Below are positions 32,581 to 45,376 of a stretch of DNA of 64,000 nt, piece by piece. Under the pieces are notes generated by a model. It saw nothing but the letters and a program-made list of their open reading frames with translations. It was not told the origin of the DNA and ran no database searches. The stretch comes from the human T2T-CHM13v2.0 reference genome, Homo sapiens, in NCBI RefSeq assembly GCF_009914755.1, contig NC_060930.1. One strand, given 5' to 3'. Each line of letters opens with the position of its first letter. The first letter of the stretch is position 1. The position numbers and the translations under genes were made by a program.

Positions 32581-32860
32581 TTTTTTTTGAGAAAATAATG
32601 GAAATCTGAGCTGAGATTTTTAATGACAAGGTAAGGAAAGATGCTTCCAGTGAATAAAAGATAAAGGAAAATTTTGGTATAGCATTTTCTCAGAAATACA
32701 TGTAAGAAAATGAGTACATTGTCTACACAAAACAAGCCTTTGACTTTAAGCAAAATATTCAACATGAAATCAAGATAAATAACAGCATGCATTTAAGATT
32801 TGTTTTATGTATGTATGTACATATGTACGTGTTTGTTTATTGAGCATGCATATAACATAC

Positions 32861-32887
32861 GTGGAGGTTTAGGCTTGACTTCTTTGC
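32861..32887 (-). CDS. TRDN: Triadin microexon (~exon 25), 27 nt, (G)KEVKPKPP
   Basis: Sense: tacttttttctag|GCAAAGAAGTCAAGCCTAAACCTCCAC|gtatgt. Phase 1-1; joins in frame to the next exon; peptide matches recalled human triadin. Confidence 0.95.
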
Positions 32888-33060
32888 CTAGAAAAAAGTA
32901 AAAAAATTATTAAAGGCTGAGTCATACAATTCTTATTAAATTAACATTATTGAATATGATATAATATATTTGAAAATAAAAATGAAACAATGTAGACCCC
33001 ACCTATCCTTTTTTGTTGAAATTCTATAGAATGTGTAACTTATGGCTAAGTTCTTTAGTG

Positions 33061-33262
33061 CAAGATTGGCAAACTTTTTCTGTAACTGTCAGATAGTGTA
33101 TATTTTCAGGTTTTAGGCCATATAGTCTCTCACAATTCTTCATTTGTGTGAATATAGAAGTAGCCATAGATAATAATGTAAATAAATATGACTGACTGTG
33201 TTCCAATAAAACTTTATAAAAACTAGTGGCCAGTCTGTGGGCCATTTTGTCAGCCTCTGCTC
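33061..33262 (+). mobile_element. MER58-type hAT MITE
   Basis: ggcaaactttttctgtaa..ctgtgttccaataaaacttta..cctctgctcta. Confidence 0.75.
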
Positions 33263-33339
33263 TATTCATAGTCAGTTTTAATTTTCTCTCTTTTTTGCAT
33301 CAACAAATATTTGAATAGTCAACACTTTTCTCTGATTCT

Positions 33340-33600
33340 GTTTTCTTACAAATGCCATCTAGTACCTGTCTGTCACTGTTCAACTCAACTTTTTAAGGAA
33401 TATCATCTTTACTTGTTTTTTCTACTTCTCACTCCCACTTCATCATTAATTCACTGTAATCTAGTTTCTAGCTCCACCATTCTATGGATTAGTCTCTCTG
33501 GTCACCAATTTCCCATTACTTTCCAAGACTAATGAACATATTTGACCATATTGATCACTTTCCCTTTCTTTTTAAGTTCCTGTTCACTTGGCTTTTGGGA
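33340..33600 (+). mobile_element. L2 relic
   Basis: ccaccatt..ctctggtcaccaat..ttgatcact..cacttggcttt. Confidence 0.55.
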
Positions 33601-33719
33601 AAGGTAAACATAATATGTATGCTCTACTGTAATGAGATAAATATTAATACTGCCTTCTTTTAATTTCAAAACTATCCTAGTAACTTTTTCTTTTAGCAAA
33701 GATAACATAACAGGGGTCT

Positions 33720-34405
33720 AATTACTCCTCATACTGGAAATTAAGGAAAACAGACAAAATACATAAAACAATGGTTTTAAAGATATTGAACATCAGACAA
33801 CAAAGAACAGTGATACTTTAGTGATGGGAAACAAATGAGATGTACCCTGTGATTGCTTCCGCTTAGTGCTTGGAGAAAGTTACAAGGCCTTAGTGCAGCA
33901 ATGAGTTGCCTAGCAAATCACGGAGCTTATAAGATGGAGCTGGTAGTCTGGAAAGGCCAAGACAGTCAGTTATCACAGATCAGAGTAAGGTAGAGCAGAG
34001 AGCAGCAGAGAAGAGGAAGGGAGTTCTGGAGATGTGTGGAAGGTGACATTAAGTCATCAGAAGAGCACTGAACAGCATATACACACAAATAAACTACTTG
34101 AGGCCAAGGAAAGAAAAAATGGAAAGAATTTTAAAACTTTATAATAAGCTTTGAAGTTCAATAGCGTCAATCTTCCAACTTTGTTCTTTGTCTTCGGTAC
34201 CGTGTTTGCTATTCTGGATCTTTTTCCATTCCACGTAAACTTTATATTCAGTTTGTCAACACACACAAAATAATTTTCTGGGAATTTTCCATAATTGCAT
34301 TGACTCTATAGGTCAATTTGGAAAGAATTGACACCTTCATAATTTTGAATCTTCCTATCTACATATAGTATCTCTCTATCTAGATGTTCTTTGACTTTTT
34401 TCATC
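33720..34405. mobile_element. Old L1M fragments (5'-region piece on plus, ORF2 piece on minus at ~34135-34405)
   Basis: Minus-strand ORF KFTWNGKRSRIANTVPKTKNKVGRLTLLNFKAYYK is L1 ORF2-like. Confidence 0.65.
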
Positions 34406-35704
34406 ATCAGGGTTTAGTCCCCTCACTATTTTCTTTTTGTTCCTCTTCTTTTCTTTCTTTTTTTTTTTTTTTTGGCTAACCTCTGCTTAAGGCCTAGTTT
34501 AGCTGTCTCTTTCTCAGAAGCCTTTTTCTGATGCAGCGGAATTGCTTACTCCTTTTATGTGCTAATACTACTTGGTAGATCTCTTTATCATTATGTTAGT
34601 CATAATCTATTGCAAGTATCAACTTAAGTGAATGCCTTCTTTTCTACATTGTGAGATATTTGGGGACAGTGGTCATGTGTATCTATCATTGAATGCAGGG
34701 AATTGGTGCGATTCCTAATACATGGTGATAAGATAGGCTCTCATTCTTTTTTTGCTCATTAGATAAATAAGTAAAACAAATAAGGTAAAAAATTGAGAAA
34801 TTGAGCAAAAATGAATGTAGAAAAATATATAAATTTAGGAATTGTATTAAACACAAAATACATGTTACAGTTACTGCATAGTTTCTTTGACTTGGGTTGC
34901 AAATTTACCTCTCATCTTTCTGATATTCAGGCGGAAAAAAAAGCACAAATGTTAAACCATTTACAGTGTTCTTAAGATGTAAATACTTACTCTGTTTAAG
35001 AGAAGCAGAGTAATCACTGGCAATGATAACTGAGATAAATTTGTTTCCTGGGTTCTCAGAACAAAAGGCTGAGAACCTTTTGTTAATGTAAATAACCTTT
35101 TGTTAATGTAAATAACAGCCTCAGCAATATTTTTACCCTAAATGTGTGATGGCTTTTACAGAACCCCACCTACTGCTCTTAACATGCACCAGAGATACAA
35201 TACAAAGCACAGTTCAATAAGAGGAAAGTCACTTTTGGCCCAATAAATGTGATTTAGGGACATAGCTATGTGCTCTGGCTAAATGTAAGGATAAAATCAA
35301 GGTTATGGAGATTCTCTCCAGTGGTAGGAAAGGATAATACATAGTCATATTTCTTTCTGAGAATCTAACACATGTATTGACACAATCCTCTAAGAAACAT
35401 GAATGGAAACACCAAAAAACCCTAAAATACACATACAATTGTGTGAAAATATGTGTGTTCAGTTGTGCTCTTAAAGCCCAACTAGATTAAGAAAATGTTG
35501 ACTTAATAGTTCTGCTATTTATAAAACCAAGTTGTGATAAACACAGGACACCTGCCTATTCCCACAAAGCTGTCCAATTATAAAATTTGGTTTCCGAGTT
35601 AGTTGTCTACATGCCATGTCCTATATCAACCTCATCAGCATTCACATAACATCTCTCTAGTTATTCAGCTTTCTCTTTATACTATCTATCCATTAGAAGC
35701 TGAC

Positions 35705-35975
35705 TTCTGTCTCCCAAAATACATGTGGAAGTCCAGACGCCCAGTACCTTATGAATGTGCCTTGTGTGGAAATAGAGTTTTTGCAGTTATAATTAAGTTA
35801 AGATGAGATCATTATCCTGGGCCCTAATCCAATATGACTAGCGTTATGATCAAAAGAGGAAAAGAGATACAGAGATGGACAAACATAGAGGGAATGTAAT
35901 ATGAAGACACACAGAGAGAATACTGTGTGACAACAGAGGCAGAGACTGGAGGATGGGAGTGATGCATCTACAGGC
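35705..35975 (+). mobile_element. Partial MLT1 LTR
   Basis: cccagtacct..gaatgtg..ggaaatagag..taatccaatatgact..gatgcatctaca, similar to the LTRs at 28940 and 31186. Confidence 0.8.
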
Positions 35976-36864
35976 TCAGCTTCAGAATTTATATATGTAT
36001 CAATAGTCAGAGGTCTACAATGAACTATATATAGTTCTACATATATAAGTTCTATATATACATTCTATAAGTCTATATAGTTTAGCCTGTTAACAATTCT
36101 AGCTCCACAGTCATTATTGAATAATGTCAATAAAGGCTTGTACATAATCTGTTTTATACCAAATTTCTTCCTAAGATGATTAATCAACAGTGATCAACAG
36201 TGAAATAATATCATTTAATAATCTTTCTGATCCACATATCTGTAAATAGATTTAACATATTTTAACAGATATTTGTCAAATTACTATATTAATTCATTCA
36301 TAAAGAAACTTTCTGTTATATTTATATTAAACTGTATAACTACATCTACAATGTGAGATAAACATATCAAAAACCAATCTAGAGTGCGCTAAAGCCTATA
36401 TATTATGTGGTTTAGAATTTTCATTGTAAAAGTAGAAAAAAGTAAACTTTCCAAATACAAGTAACAAACTGAACTTTCATGAATTTATTCACAAAATTCA
36501 TAATTTGCTTAATTATGTCACAGAAACTGCTCTATTAGATCAAATGAGGAAATTAGTCCTGTTCCTCAACAGAGATTTATTATATTTTAACTTTGTCAAG
36601 ACAATATAAGTCATTATCATAAAATTTGACTTTTGTAAAATTTGTAAGTGTAATATTATTTGGGGCATATAACACATATAAAGATCTTCACTGGAAAAAC
36701 TTTTATTTAGGTGATCTTATAAAGACTCATTAAGTAAGTCCATTAAAGTTTAATACAAGATAATAATTTGGTATAAGAGCAGTAGGACATTATAAATTTT
36801 ATAATGCAAAAGGAAAGAATTTTAAAACTGAAAAGATCCTGGAAATCATCGGAATAGCTTTTTT

Positions 36865-39800
36865 AATGGGCCACAAAACAAGTCCTTAAAAATTTCAGAA
36901 AATTGAAATGATAACAAGTACTCTTTCAGACCACAGTGGAATAAAATTAGAATTCAATTCTAAAAGGAACCTTCAAAACTATAAAAATACATGGAAATTA
37001 AATAACATGCTTCTGAACGATCATTGGGTCAACAATGAAATCAAGATGGACATTTAAAAATTCTTTGAACTCAATGATAATAGTGAAACAAGCTATCAAA
37101 AAGTCTGTGACACAGCAAAGGTGGTGCTAAGAGGAAAATTCATAGCCTTAAATGCCTACATCAAAAAGTCTAAAAGAGCACAAATAGACAATCTAAGGTC
37201 ACACCTCAAGGAACTAGACAAACAAGAACAAACCAAACCCAAACCCAGCAGAAGAAAAGAAATAACTAAGATCAGAACAGAAATAAATGAAATTGAAACA
37301 AACAAAAAATATATAAAAGATAAATGAAACAAAAAGATGGTTCTTTGAAAAGATAAATAAGATTAACCAAGGAAACAAGAGAGAAGATCCAAATAAGCTC
37401 AATTAGATACAAAAATGGGAGATATTACAACTGACACCACAAAAATATGGAAGATTATTCAAGGCTACTATGAACACCTTTACACACACAAGCTAGAAAA
37501 CCTAGATGAGATGGATAAATTCCTGGAAATATGTAACCCTCCTAGCTTAAATCAGGAAGAATTAGAAACCCCCAACAGATCAATAACAAGCAGCGAGACT
37601 GAAATGATAATAAAAAATTACCAATGAAAAAAAATTCCAGGAATTGGGTGGATATACCCAATTCTTTAAATGTCTGATAGAATTCTGCTGTGAATATTTC
37701 TGGTCCTGGAATTTTTTTTCATTGGTAATTTTTTATTACCATTTCAGTCTCTAAATGATGAGTTAATAGGTGCAGCACACCAACATGGCACATATATATA
37801 TATATATATGTAACAAACCTGCACATTGTGCACATGTACCCTAAAACTTAAAGTATAATAAAAAATAAATAAAATGCACTAACTCTTGCCCCCCCCCCAA
37901 AAATTGGTACCAATTCTGTTGACATTATTCGACAAGACAGAGAAAGAAGGAATCCACCCTAAATCATTGTATGAAGCCAGCATTACCCTAATACAAACAA
38001 GAAAGGGACATAACAAAAAAGAAAACTACAGATCAATATTCTTGATTAACATAGATGCAAAAACTCCTTACCAAAATACTAGCTAACCAAATCCAGCAGC
38101 ATATCAAAAAGACAATCCATCATGATCACGTGTGTTTCATACTAGGGATGCAGGGATGGTTTAACATATACAAGTCAATAAATATGATATACCACATAAA
38201 GAGAATTAAAAACAAAAATCACATGATCATCTGAATAGACACAGAAAAAGCATTTGATAAAATCCAGCATCACTTTATGATTAAAACCCTCAGCAAAATT
38301 GGCATACAGGGGAAACCCCTAAATGTAATAAAAGCCATCTACCACAAACCCACAGCCAGCGTAACACTGAATGGGAAAAAGTTGAAAGCATTCCCTCTGA
38401 AAACTAGAACAGGACAAGGATGCCCACTCCCACCACTTCTGTTCAACATAGTACTGGAAATTCTAGCCAGATCAATCAAACAAGAGAGAGAAATAAAGGG
38501 CATTCAAATCAGTAAAGAGGAAGTCAAACTGTCGCTGTTTGCTGAGGATATAATTATACGCCCAGAAAACCCTAGACTTCTCCCAAAAGCCCCTAGAACT
38601 GATAAATGAATTCAGCAAAGTTTGAGGATACAAAATTAATGTACACACATCAGTAGCTCTGCTATATACCAGCAGTGACCAAGCTGAGACTCGAATCAAG
38701 AACTTGACCTCTTTTACAATAGCTGCAAAAAAATTAAAATACTTAGAAATATACCTAACCAAGGAAGTGAAACACCTCTACAAGGAAAACTACAAAACAG
38801 TGCTGAAAGCAATCACAGACAATACAAACAAATGGAAACATATCACATGCTCATGGATGGATAGAATCAGTATTGTGAAAATGACCAGGGTAGAATCAAT
38901 ATGTGAAAATGACCACATTGCCCAAAGCAATCTACAAATTCAGTTCAATTCCCATCAAAATACCATCATTATTCTTCACAGAACTAGAAAAAAAAATCCT
39001 AGAATTCATATGGAACCAGAAAAGAGCCACAGAGCCAAAGCAAGACTAAGCAAAAAGAACAAATCTGGAGGCATCACATTACATGATTTCAAACTATATT
39101 ATAAGGCCACAGTCACCAAAACAGTGTGGTACTGGTATAAAAATAGGCACAAAGACCAATGGGAAAGAATAGAGAACCCCAAAATAAAGCCAAATACTTA
39201 CAGATTGCTTTTGACAAAGCAAAGTAAAACGTAAAGTGGGGAAAGGACACCCTATTCAACAAATGGTGCTGGGACAATTGGCAAGCCACATGTAGGAGAA
39301 TGAAACTGGATCCTCATTTCTTACCTTATACAGAAATCAACTCAAGATGCATCAAGGGCTTAAAACTAAGACCTGAAACTATAACAATTCTAGAAGATAA
39401 AATCAGAAAAACCCTTCTAGACATTGGCTTAGGAAAAGACTTCATGAACAAGAATCCAAAAGCAAATGGAACAAAAACTATGATAAATCGGTGGGACTTA
39501 ATTAAACTAAAGAACTTCTGCACAGCAAAAGGAACAGTCAGCAGAGTAAACAGACAACCTACAGAGTGGGAGAAAATCTTCACAATCTATACATCTGACA
39601 AAGAAATAATATCCAGAATCTACAAGGAACTCAAACAAATTAAAAAATCCCATCAAAAAGTGGGCTAAGGACATGAACAAATAATTCTCAAAAGAAGATA
39701 CATAAATGGCCAGCGAAAATGTGAAAAAATGTTCAACATCACTAATAATCAGGGAAACACAAATCAAAACCACAATATGATACCACCTTACTCCTGCAAG

Positions 39801-40500
39801 AATGGCCATAATCAAAAAATTAAAAAATAATAGATGTTGTCATGGATGCAGTGAAAAGAGAACACTTCTACACTGCTGGTGGGAATGTAAGCTTTATAAC
39901 CACTTTGGAAAACAGTTTGGAGATTTCTTAAAGAACTAAAAGTAGAACTATCATTTGATCCTTCAATTCCACCACTGGGTATCTATCCAGAGGAAAAGAA
40001 ATTATTATACTACAAGGATACTTGCACAGACATGGTTATAGCAGCAGAATTCACAATTGCAAAAACATGGAATCACCCCAAATGCTCATCAACCAATGAG
40101 TTGATGAAGAAATTGTAGTATAGGTCGGGCATGGTGGAATACTACTCAGACATAAAAAGGAACGAATTAATGACATTCACAGCAACCTGGATGGAACTGG
40201 AGACTATTATTCTAAATGAAGTAACTCTGGATTGGAAAGCCAAACATTGTATGTTCTCACTCATGAGTGAGAGATAAGCTATGAGGATGCAATGGCATAA
40301 GAATGAAACAATGCATTTTGGGGACCAGTTTGAAAGGGAGGGAGTGGGGTGAGGGATAAAAGACTACAAATTGGGTTCAGTGTATACTGCTCGGGTGATA
40401 AGTGCACCAAAATCTCACAAATCACAACTGAAGAACTTACTCATGTAACCAAATACCACCCGTTCCCCCAAAACCTATGAAAAAATAAAATAAAATACGA
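36865..40500 (+). mobile_element. L1PB-type ORF2 (from the endonuclease end) + 3'UTR, antisense to TRDN
   Basis: Peptides [29 protein letters not shown] and [16 protein letters not shown]; 3'UTR with A-tail; 28-bp tandem duplication at ~38860-38916. Confidence 0.93.
37751..37874 (+). mobile_element. Young L1PA 3'-terminal fragment inserted in the L1PB
   Basis: taaatgatgagttaataggtgcagcacaccaacatggcac..gtaccctaaaacttaaagtataataaaaaa. Confidence 0.9.
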
Positions 40501-40615
40501 GGAATTAAAAAAACACACACACACATCAGGTTTCACAAACTCTTCAGCATGTGGGGGAGTGTTGTGTGTCTGTGTTTTCCCACTGAGAAGTCCTTGTCAG
40601 TCTAGGTTCTAGTGC

Positions 40616-40808
40616 AATGGTCCTCAAAGTGTACTTTCCAGAGCAGCAGCAGCAGCAGCAGCACCTGGGGAGTTGCTAGAAATGTAGCTACTTGGACTCC
40701 ATTCCAGACCTATCAAATCAGAAACTCTGGAGGTGGGGCCCAGGAATTTGTCACTTAACATCCTTCTCAAATGATCCTGATGGCCACTTAGATGTACAAA
40801 TTATTGCT
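40616..40808 (+). mobile_element. MER5A with (GCA)n expansion
   Basis: ggtcctcaaagtgt..gcagcagcacctggg..tagaaatg..aatcagaaactctgg..gtggggccca. Confidence 0.8.
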
Positions 40809-41182
40809 CTGAAGGGATAAAATCATCATTCACCACATATAGTGCATAAAAGGATAATTTATTAGAATTTGTTAATCAACAGATAAGAAGCACAGAAAGA
40901 GTGCAAAGAGGTCTTAATGATGAAATCTCACCAATAAAATATAAACATCTTTTAATTCTTTTACATTTCCAGTTTCATGAATTCGTATATTCAGTTAAGA
41001 TACTGGACCCATTTCAAATCTGAAGACATTTCACAGTTAAGCACATATCCAAATATATTAATGAATACAGTGTCTGTATATGTCTGTCTATCCATGGTCT
41101 AAGCCTACGTACTCCCTAAGGTCTATATTTAGGCAGCAATAGTAAGCCCAAGAGTAGATTACTGGGGGAGAATTCTGTAAGG

Positions 41183-41281
41183 CAGTGGTTCTCAAACAAC
41201 AATATCACATAAGAACTTATTAGAAATGTAAATTTAATCTTCCAGGTGTACCTGATGCATGTTGAAATTTGAGAACCACTG
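41183..41281. mobile_element. Internally deleted MER5-type MITE with perfect 14-bp TIRs
   Basis: cagtggttctcaaa ... tttgagaaccactg. Confidence 0.75.
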
Positions 41282-41924
41282 TTTGATAACCGTAGTTGCT
41301 TTTTTTAAGAGCATTCATGTAACACAAAGGAATGGCTGTTTGTCACAATTCTGAGTCCCACGTAATTGTATATATTATGTTTCAGCAAATAAGGCTTAAT
41401 TAGAGTCAGAGAGAAAGTTTTCAGTCTACTGAGACATCAATAGATAAAGCTAAAAACAGAGCATGCTTGTGTTGATCATGGTATGTCAACTTTTCAATCC
41501 CAATGACAGTAATATTCAAATTAGACATTTGTGATTGAGGTCTATAAAATATATGATATGAAATCAAATTTATATAAGAAAAAATATTTTAACAAACAAA
41601 ATCAAATAATAGACTTGATGTTCTAATGGAGGTAATAATTGGCTGTGTATGATGGAATATGTTTCAAATAGTGAGTAGCAATATAAGAGTAGACACACAC
41701 ACCCATATATGTTTATTGTAATGATAGGGACTTTAGCCTTATTTTTTATTATAGTTATTATATTTTCTATATTTTCCAAATTTCTTTAATTGCATTAAAA
41801 GCAAACAAAATGTCAATGGCATGTTTCCATTTATACCCTATTATGCATAGATTAATTTTTAAAATAAAAATATAAAGGTCACATTCAATGAATTAGCAAA
41901 GGAATTAAAAAGGAAAAATCAAGT

Positions 41925-42821
41925 GTTCCAAAAACACACAATAGGAAAAGAACAATCTCTTTAATAAACAGTGCCAGGAAAACTGGATATTCACATGCAG
42001 AGAAAGAAATTGGGCTCTTATTTCACAGTGTATACATAAAATCAACTCAAAATTGATAGAAGACTTAATATAAGACCTGAAATTGTAAAGCTACTAAAAG
42101 AAAACACCGGAAGAACTCCACTGGTCAGAGTAGTTATTTCTCAGGTAGGACTCCAAAAGTACAGGCAACAAAATCAAAAATAAACTAATGGGATTGAGTG
42201 AAACTAAAAAGCCTCTGCACAGCAAACGGAACAATAAAAATGAAGAGACAACCTATGGAATGGGAGGTAATATTGGTAAATCATACTTCTGATAAAGGGC
42301 TAAAAGCAAAGAGATTTGAGGACTCAAACATTTCAATAACAGAAAACAAACACCTTATTTTAAAATGGGCAAAGCATGTGAACAGACACTTCTCAAAAGA
42401 AAATATATGAAAGGCCAACAGATATGTGAAAAGATGTTTGACATTTCTAATCATGTGGGAAATATAAATTAAACTACAATAAGATAACACCTCACACCTG
42501 TCTGAATGAGTATTATCAAAAAGATGAATGATAAGTGTTGATGAGAATGAGGAGAAAAGGAATCCCTTGTACACTGCTGGTGAAAACATAAATTAGTACA
42601 GGCACTTTGGAGAATAGCATGAAGGCTCCTCAAAAAAACTAGAATTACCATATTCAGCAATTTTCAGCTAGTTTACAGCAATTTCACGTCTGTTATATCC
42701 AAAGGAATTGAAATCAGGATGTCAGAGAGATATTTGAACTCCCATGTTCATTTCAGCATTATTCACAGTAGGCAAGATACTAAGTGTCCATCAACAAATA
42801 TATGGATTTAAAAATGTGGGG

Positions 42822-42855
<34 letters not shown>

Positions 42856-43247
42856 CACTATATATATATAGTATGTATGTATAGTGTATATATATATACA
42901 CTATATATAGTATGTATGTATAGTGTATATATATAAAATATGTTATATATATTATATATAATATATACACACACGTACACACACAAAATAGGATACTATA
43001 CAGCCTTAAAAAAAAGAAGAAAATTCTGTCATTTGCAACATCAGTGGATACTGCATGATTATATGTGGAATCTAAATAAGTCAATCTCATAGAAACAGAG
43101 AATAGGAAGGTGGTTACCAGAGGGTAGAGAATAGAGGGAGAGATGGGAAAAGCGATGATGCTGATAAAAGGGTGCAAAGTTTCAGTTAAACTGGAGGAAT
43201 AAGTTTTAGTAATCTATTGTTCTCATGGCGATCACAGTCAATAATAA
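41925..43247 (+). mobile_element. L1MA/MB ORF2 end + 3'UTR, continued at 49312-49494 after the ERV
   Basis: Peptides KLKSLCTA..KRQPMEWE and KWAKHVNRHFSKE; the 3'UTR rejoins across the ERV (cagtcaataataa|tgtattata). Contains a (TG)n/(TA)n tract at ~42820-42985. Confidence 0.85.
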
Positions 43248-44680
43248 TGAGGTAGGGGGCAGAACTCAACTCTGGAGGTGGCACTCAGACACTGGACCAG
43301 ATTGAGGCCTAGCTAAAACAGGGCCTCAGTGAAAGCAGCTTTCAATCAGACACTTCCACTAGCGTGCCATGTCAATTTACCATTGCCATGACAACACTCA
43401 GGAGTTACTGCCCCTTTCCATGGCAATGTCCTAGTGATTACAACCCCTTTCATAGAAATGTCTGCATAATCTTCACCTTAATCTTCATGCAATTGAAAGT
43501 GGGTATAAATATGACTGCAAAACTGCCCTGAGCTGCTACTCTCTGCCTATGGGGTAGTCTCTTTTCCCTCAGAGTTACCCATCTTGAGTCAATGTAGTGA
43601 AGCCAGTGTCTAGGATGCCCAGACAAGAGCTATCAACTTGGGGGCCCCAGAGCCAGAATCAGTGTGCCTGCTATGAGCAAGAGGGCCATTGACAATAAGA
43701 ATGTTTTGACTATCCCTGGTGAGAGACAGAAAAAAAGTTCTCCACCAACTCCAGAGCTAACTCTTTCACTGTCCCCAGTAAGATGCAAGCTGTCTTGCTC
43801 AGGTAAGTTTACTGGGAGTCTTGGACCCAAGACCCAGTGGAAAGTTTCCCACAGTGGCAGATAAACAGCTGCCTGAACATTTTTCTTTAGTGTCTCCACT
43901 ACTGGGTGAGCTCTCTGGTGCCTTAGGGACTCCGGGATAGTCCCTTGAGTAATGCAGTTCACTCCTTCCCTTCTTTATTTGATGCTATGGAATCCCCTTC
44001 CCTGTCTCTTTCTATTTTCCACACCTATTGAGGCAAACAAAATTTAGTCAGGCAGCTGGGTCCCAATTTTGTAAATAACTTGAATCCAGTTGTCTTGTAT
44101 AGGTCATTTTATCTAGTGTGTTTCTTTAGCTCTATCTACAGGCATTGTGATATGTGTTGTGTCTAGCATGCTTTGAAATTGGCTTATAAATAAAAGAGCA
44201 CTCATAAATTAAATAAGACTAGTCAAAGCTTACTAGTTTGAAGAGAATATTATGTCTTCTAAAATTTAACAGAATTTTTATCTAAGTAAATCACTGATGT
44301 TCATTGGCTTTAAAATGGTTAAAATGGCTTTAAATGGTGACATGTTTTGCATGGTATCTTGTTTCTTAGAAGTGGTCTAGATAAAACTGTTAAAAGTGAA
44401 AGAACGGAATCGATGCTTAAATAATGAACTTATTGTGTGGTTTAAAGTCTTAAAATGATAGAATAATCCTCACCTATAGAATGTCAATGTCTGCTGGGCA
44501 GTTCAGGATTTCTTCCTTTCTAGGTTTATATAAAATGTGCCAAAGAAATATATCCTTTATTTGGAAAAAATAATTTTTGTCTAATTTGGAAGTTATTAAA
44601 AGGGAGTTTCAAAATATGAGGGAACCAGTGAGTGAAAAAGAGAGATGTAAAGAATGTTATGGAAAGAAAAAGTACTTTCT

Positions 44681-44969
44681 GGCTGGGTGCAGTGGATCAC
44701 AACTGTAATCTCAGCACTTTGGTAGGCTGAGGCAGGCAGATCACTTAAGGTCAGGAGTTGGAGACCAGCCTGGCCAACATGGTGAAACTCTGTTTCTATT
44801 AAAAATACAAAAATTAGCCAGACATGGTGGCACATATCTGTAATTCCAGCTACTTGGGGGACTGAGGCAGCATAATCATTTGAACCCAAGAGGCAGAGGT
44901 TTCAGTGAGCCGAGACTGCACAACTGCACTCTTGTCTGGGTGGTGGAGTGAGACTCTGTCAAAAAAAAT
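44681..44969 (+). mobile_element. AluS inside the ERV
   Basis: Full dimer. Confidence 0.93.
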
Positions 44970-45088
44970 GTATTTTCTTTTCCAAGAAAGCATATAATAA
45001 AAGAGTAATTTTATATGAAGAGGGATCTTGTATAGTCATATTTTGTCCTAGAGTAACATGACTGGTTATTTAAGAAAGAGGTAGTATA

Positions 45089-45376
45089 GGCTGGGTGCGG
45101 TGGATCACGCCTGTAAGCCCAGCACTTTGGAAGGCCGAGGCAGGTGGATCAGGAGGTCAGGTGATTGGGACCATCCTGGCTAACACGGTGAAACCCTGTC
45201 TCTACTAAAAAATACAAAAAATTAGCCTGGAGTGGTGGCGGGCACCTGTAGTCCCAGCTAATCAGGAGGCTGAGGCAGGAGAATGGCATGAACCCGGGAG
45301 GCAGAGCTTGCAGTGAGCCGAGATCACACCACTGCACTCCAACCTGGGCGACAGAGTGAGACTCCGTCACACAAAA
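45089..45376 (+). mobile_element. AluY inside the ERV
   Basis: AluY diagnostics; exact TSD aagaaagaggtagtata (45072-45088 / 45377-45393). Confidence 0.93.

Noticed and set aside
34909-34945. Exon-like ttttttttccgcctgaatatcag|AAAGATGAGAG|gtaaat on the minus strand
   Set aside because: 11 nt, not frame-preserving, and the pyrimidine tract is separated from the AG; no support beyond the motif.
40633-40653. (CAG)n repeat as an expansion-disease locus
   Set aside because: Only about 7 units, arising from the native gcagc motif of MER5A.
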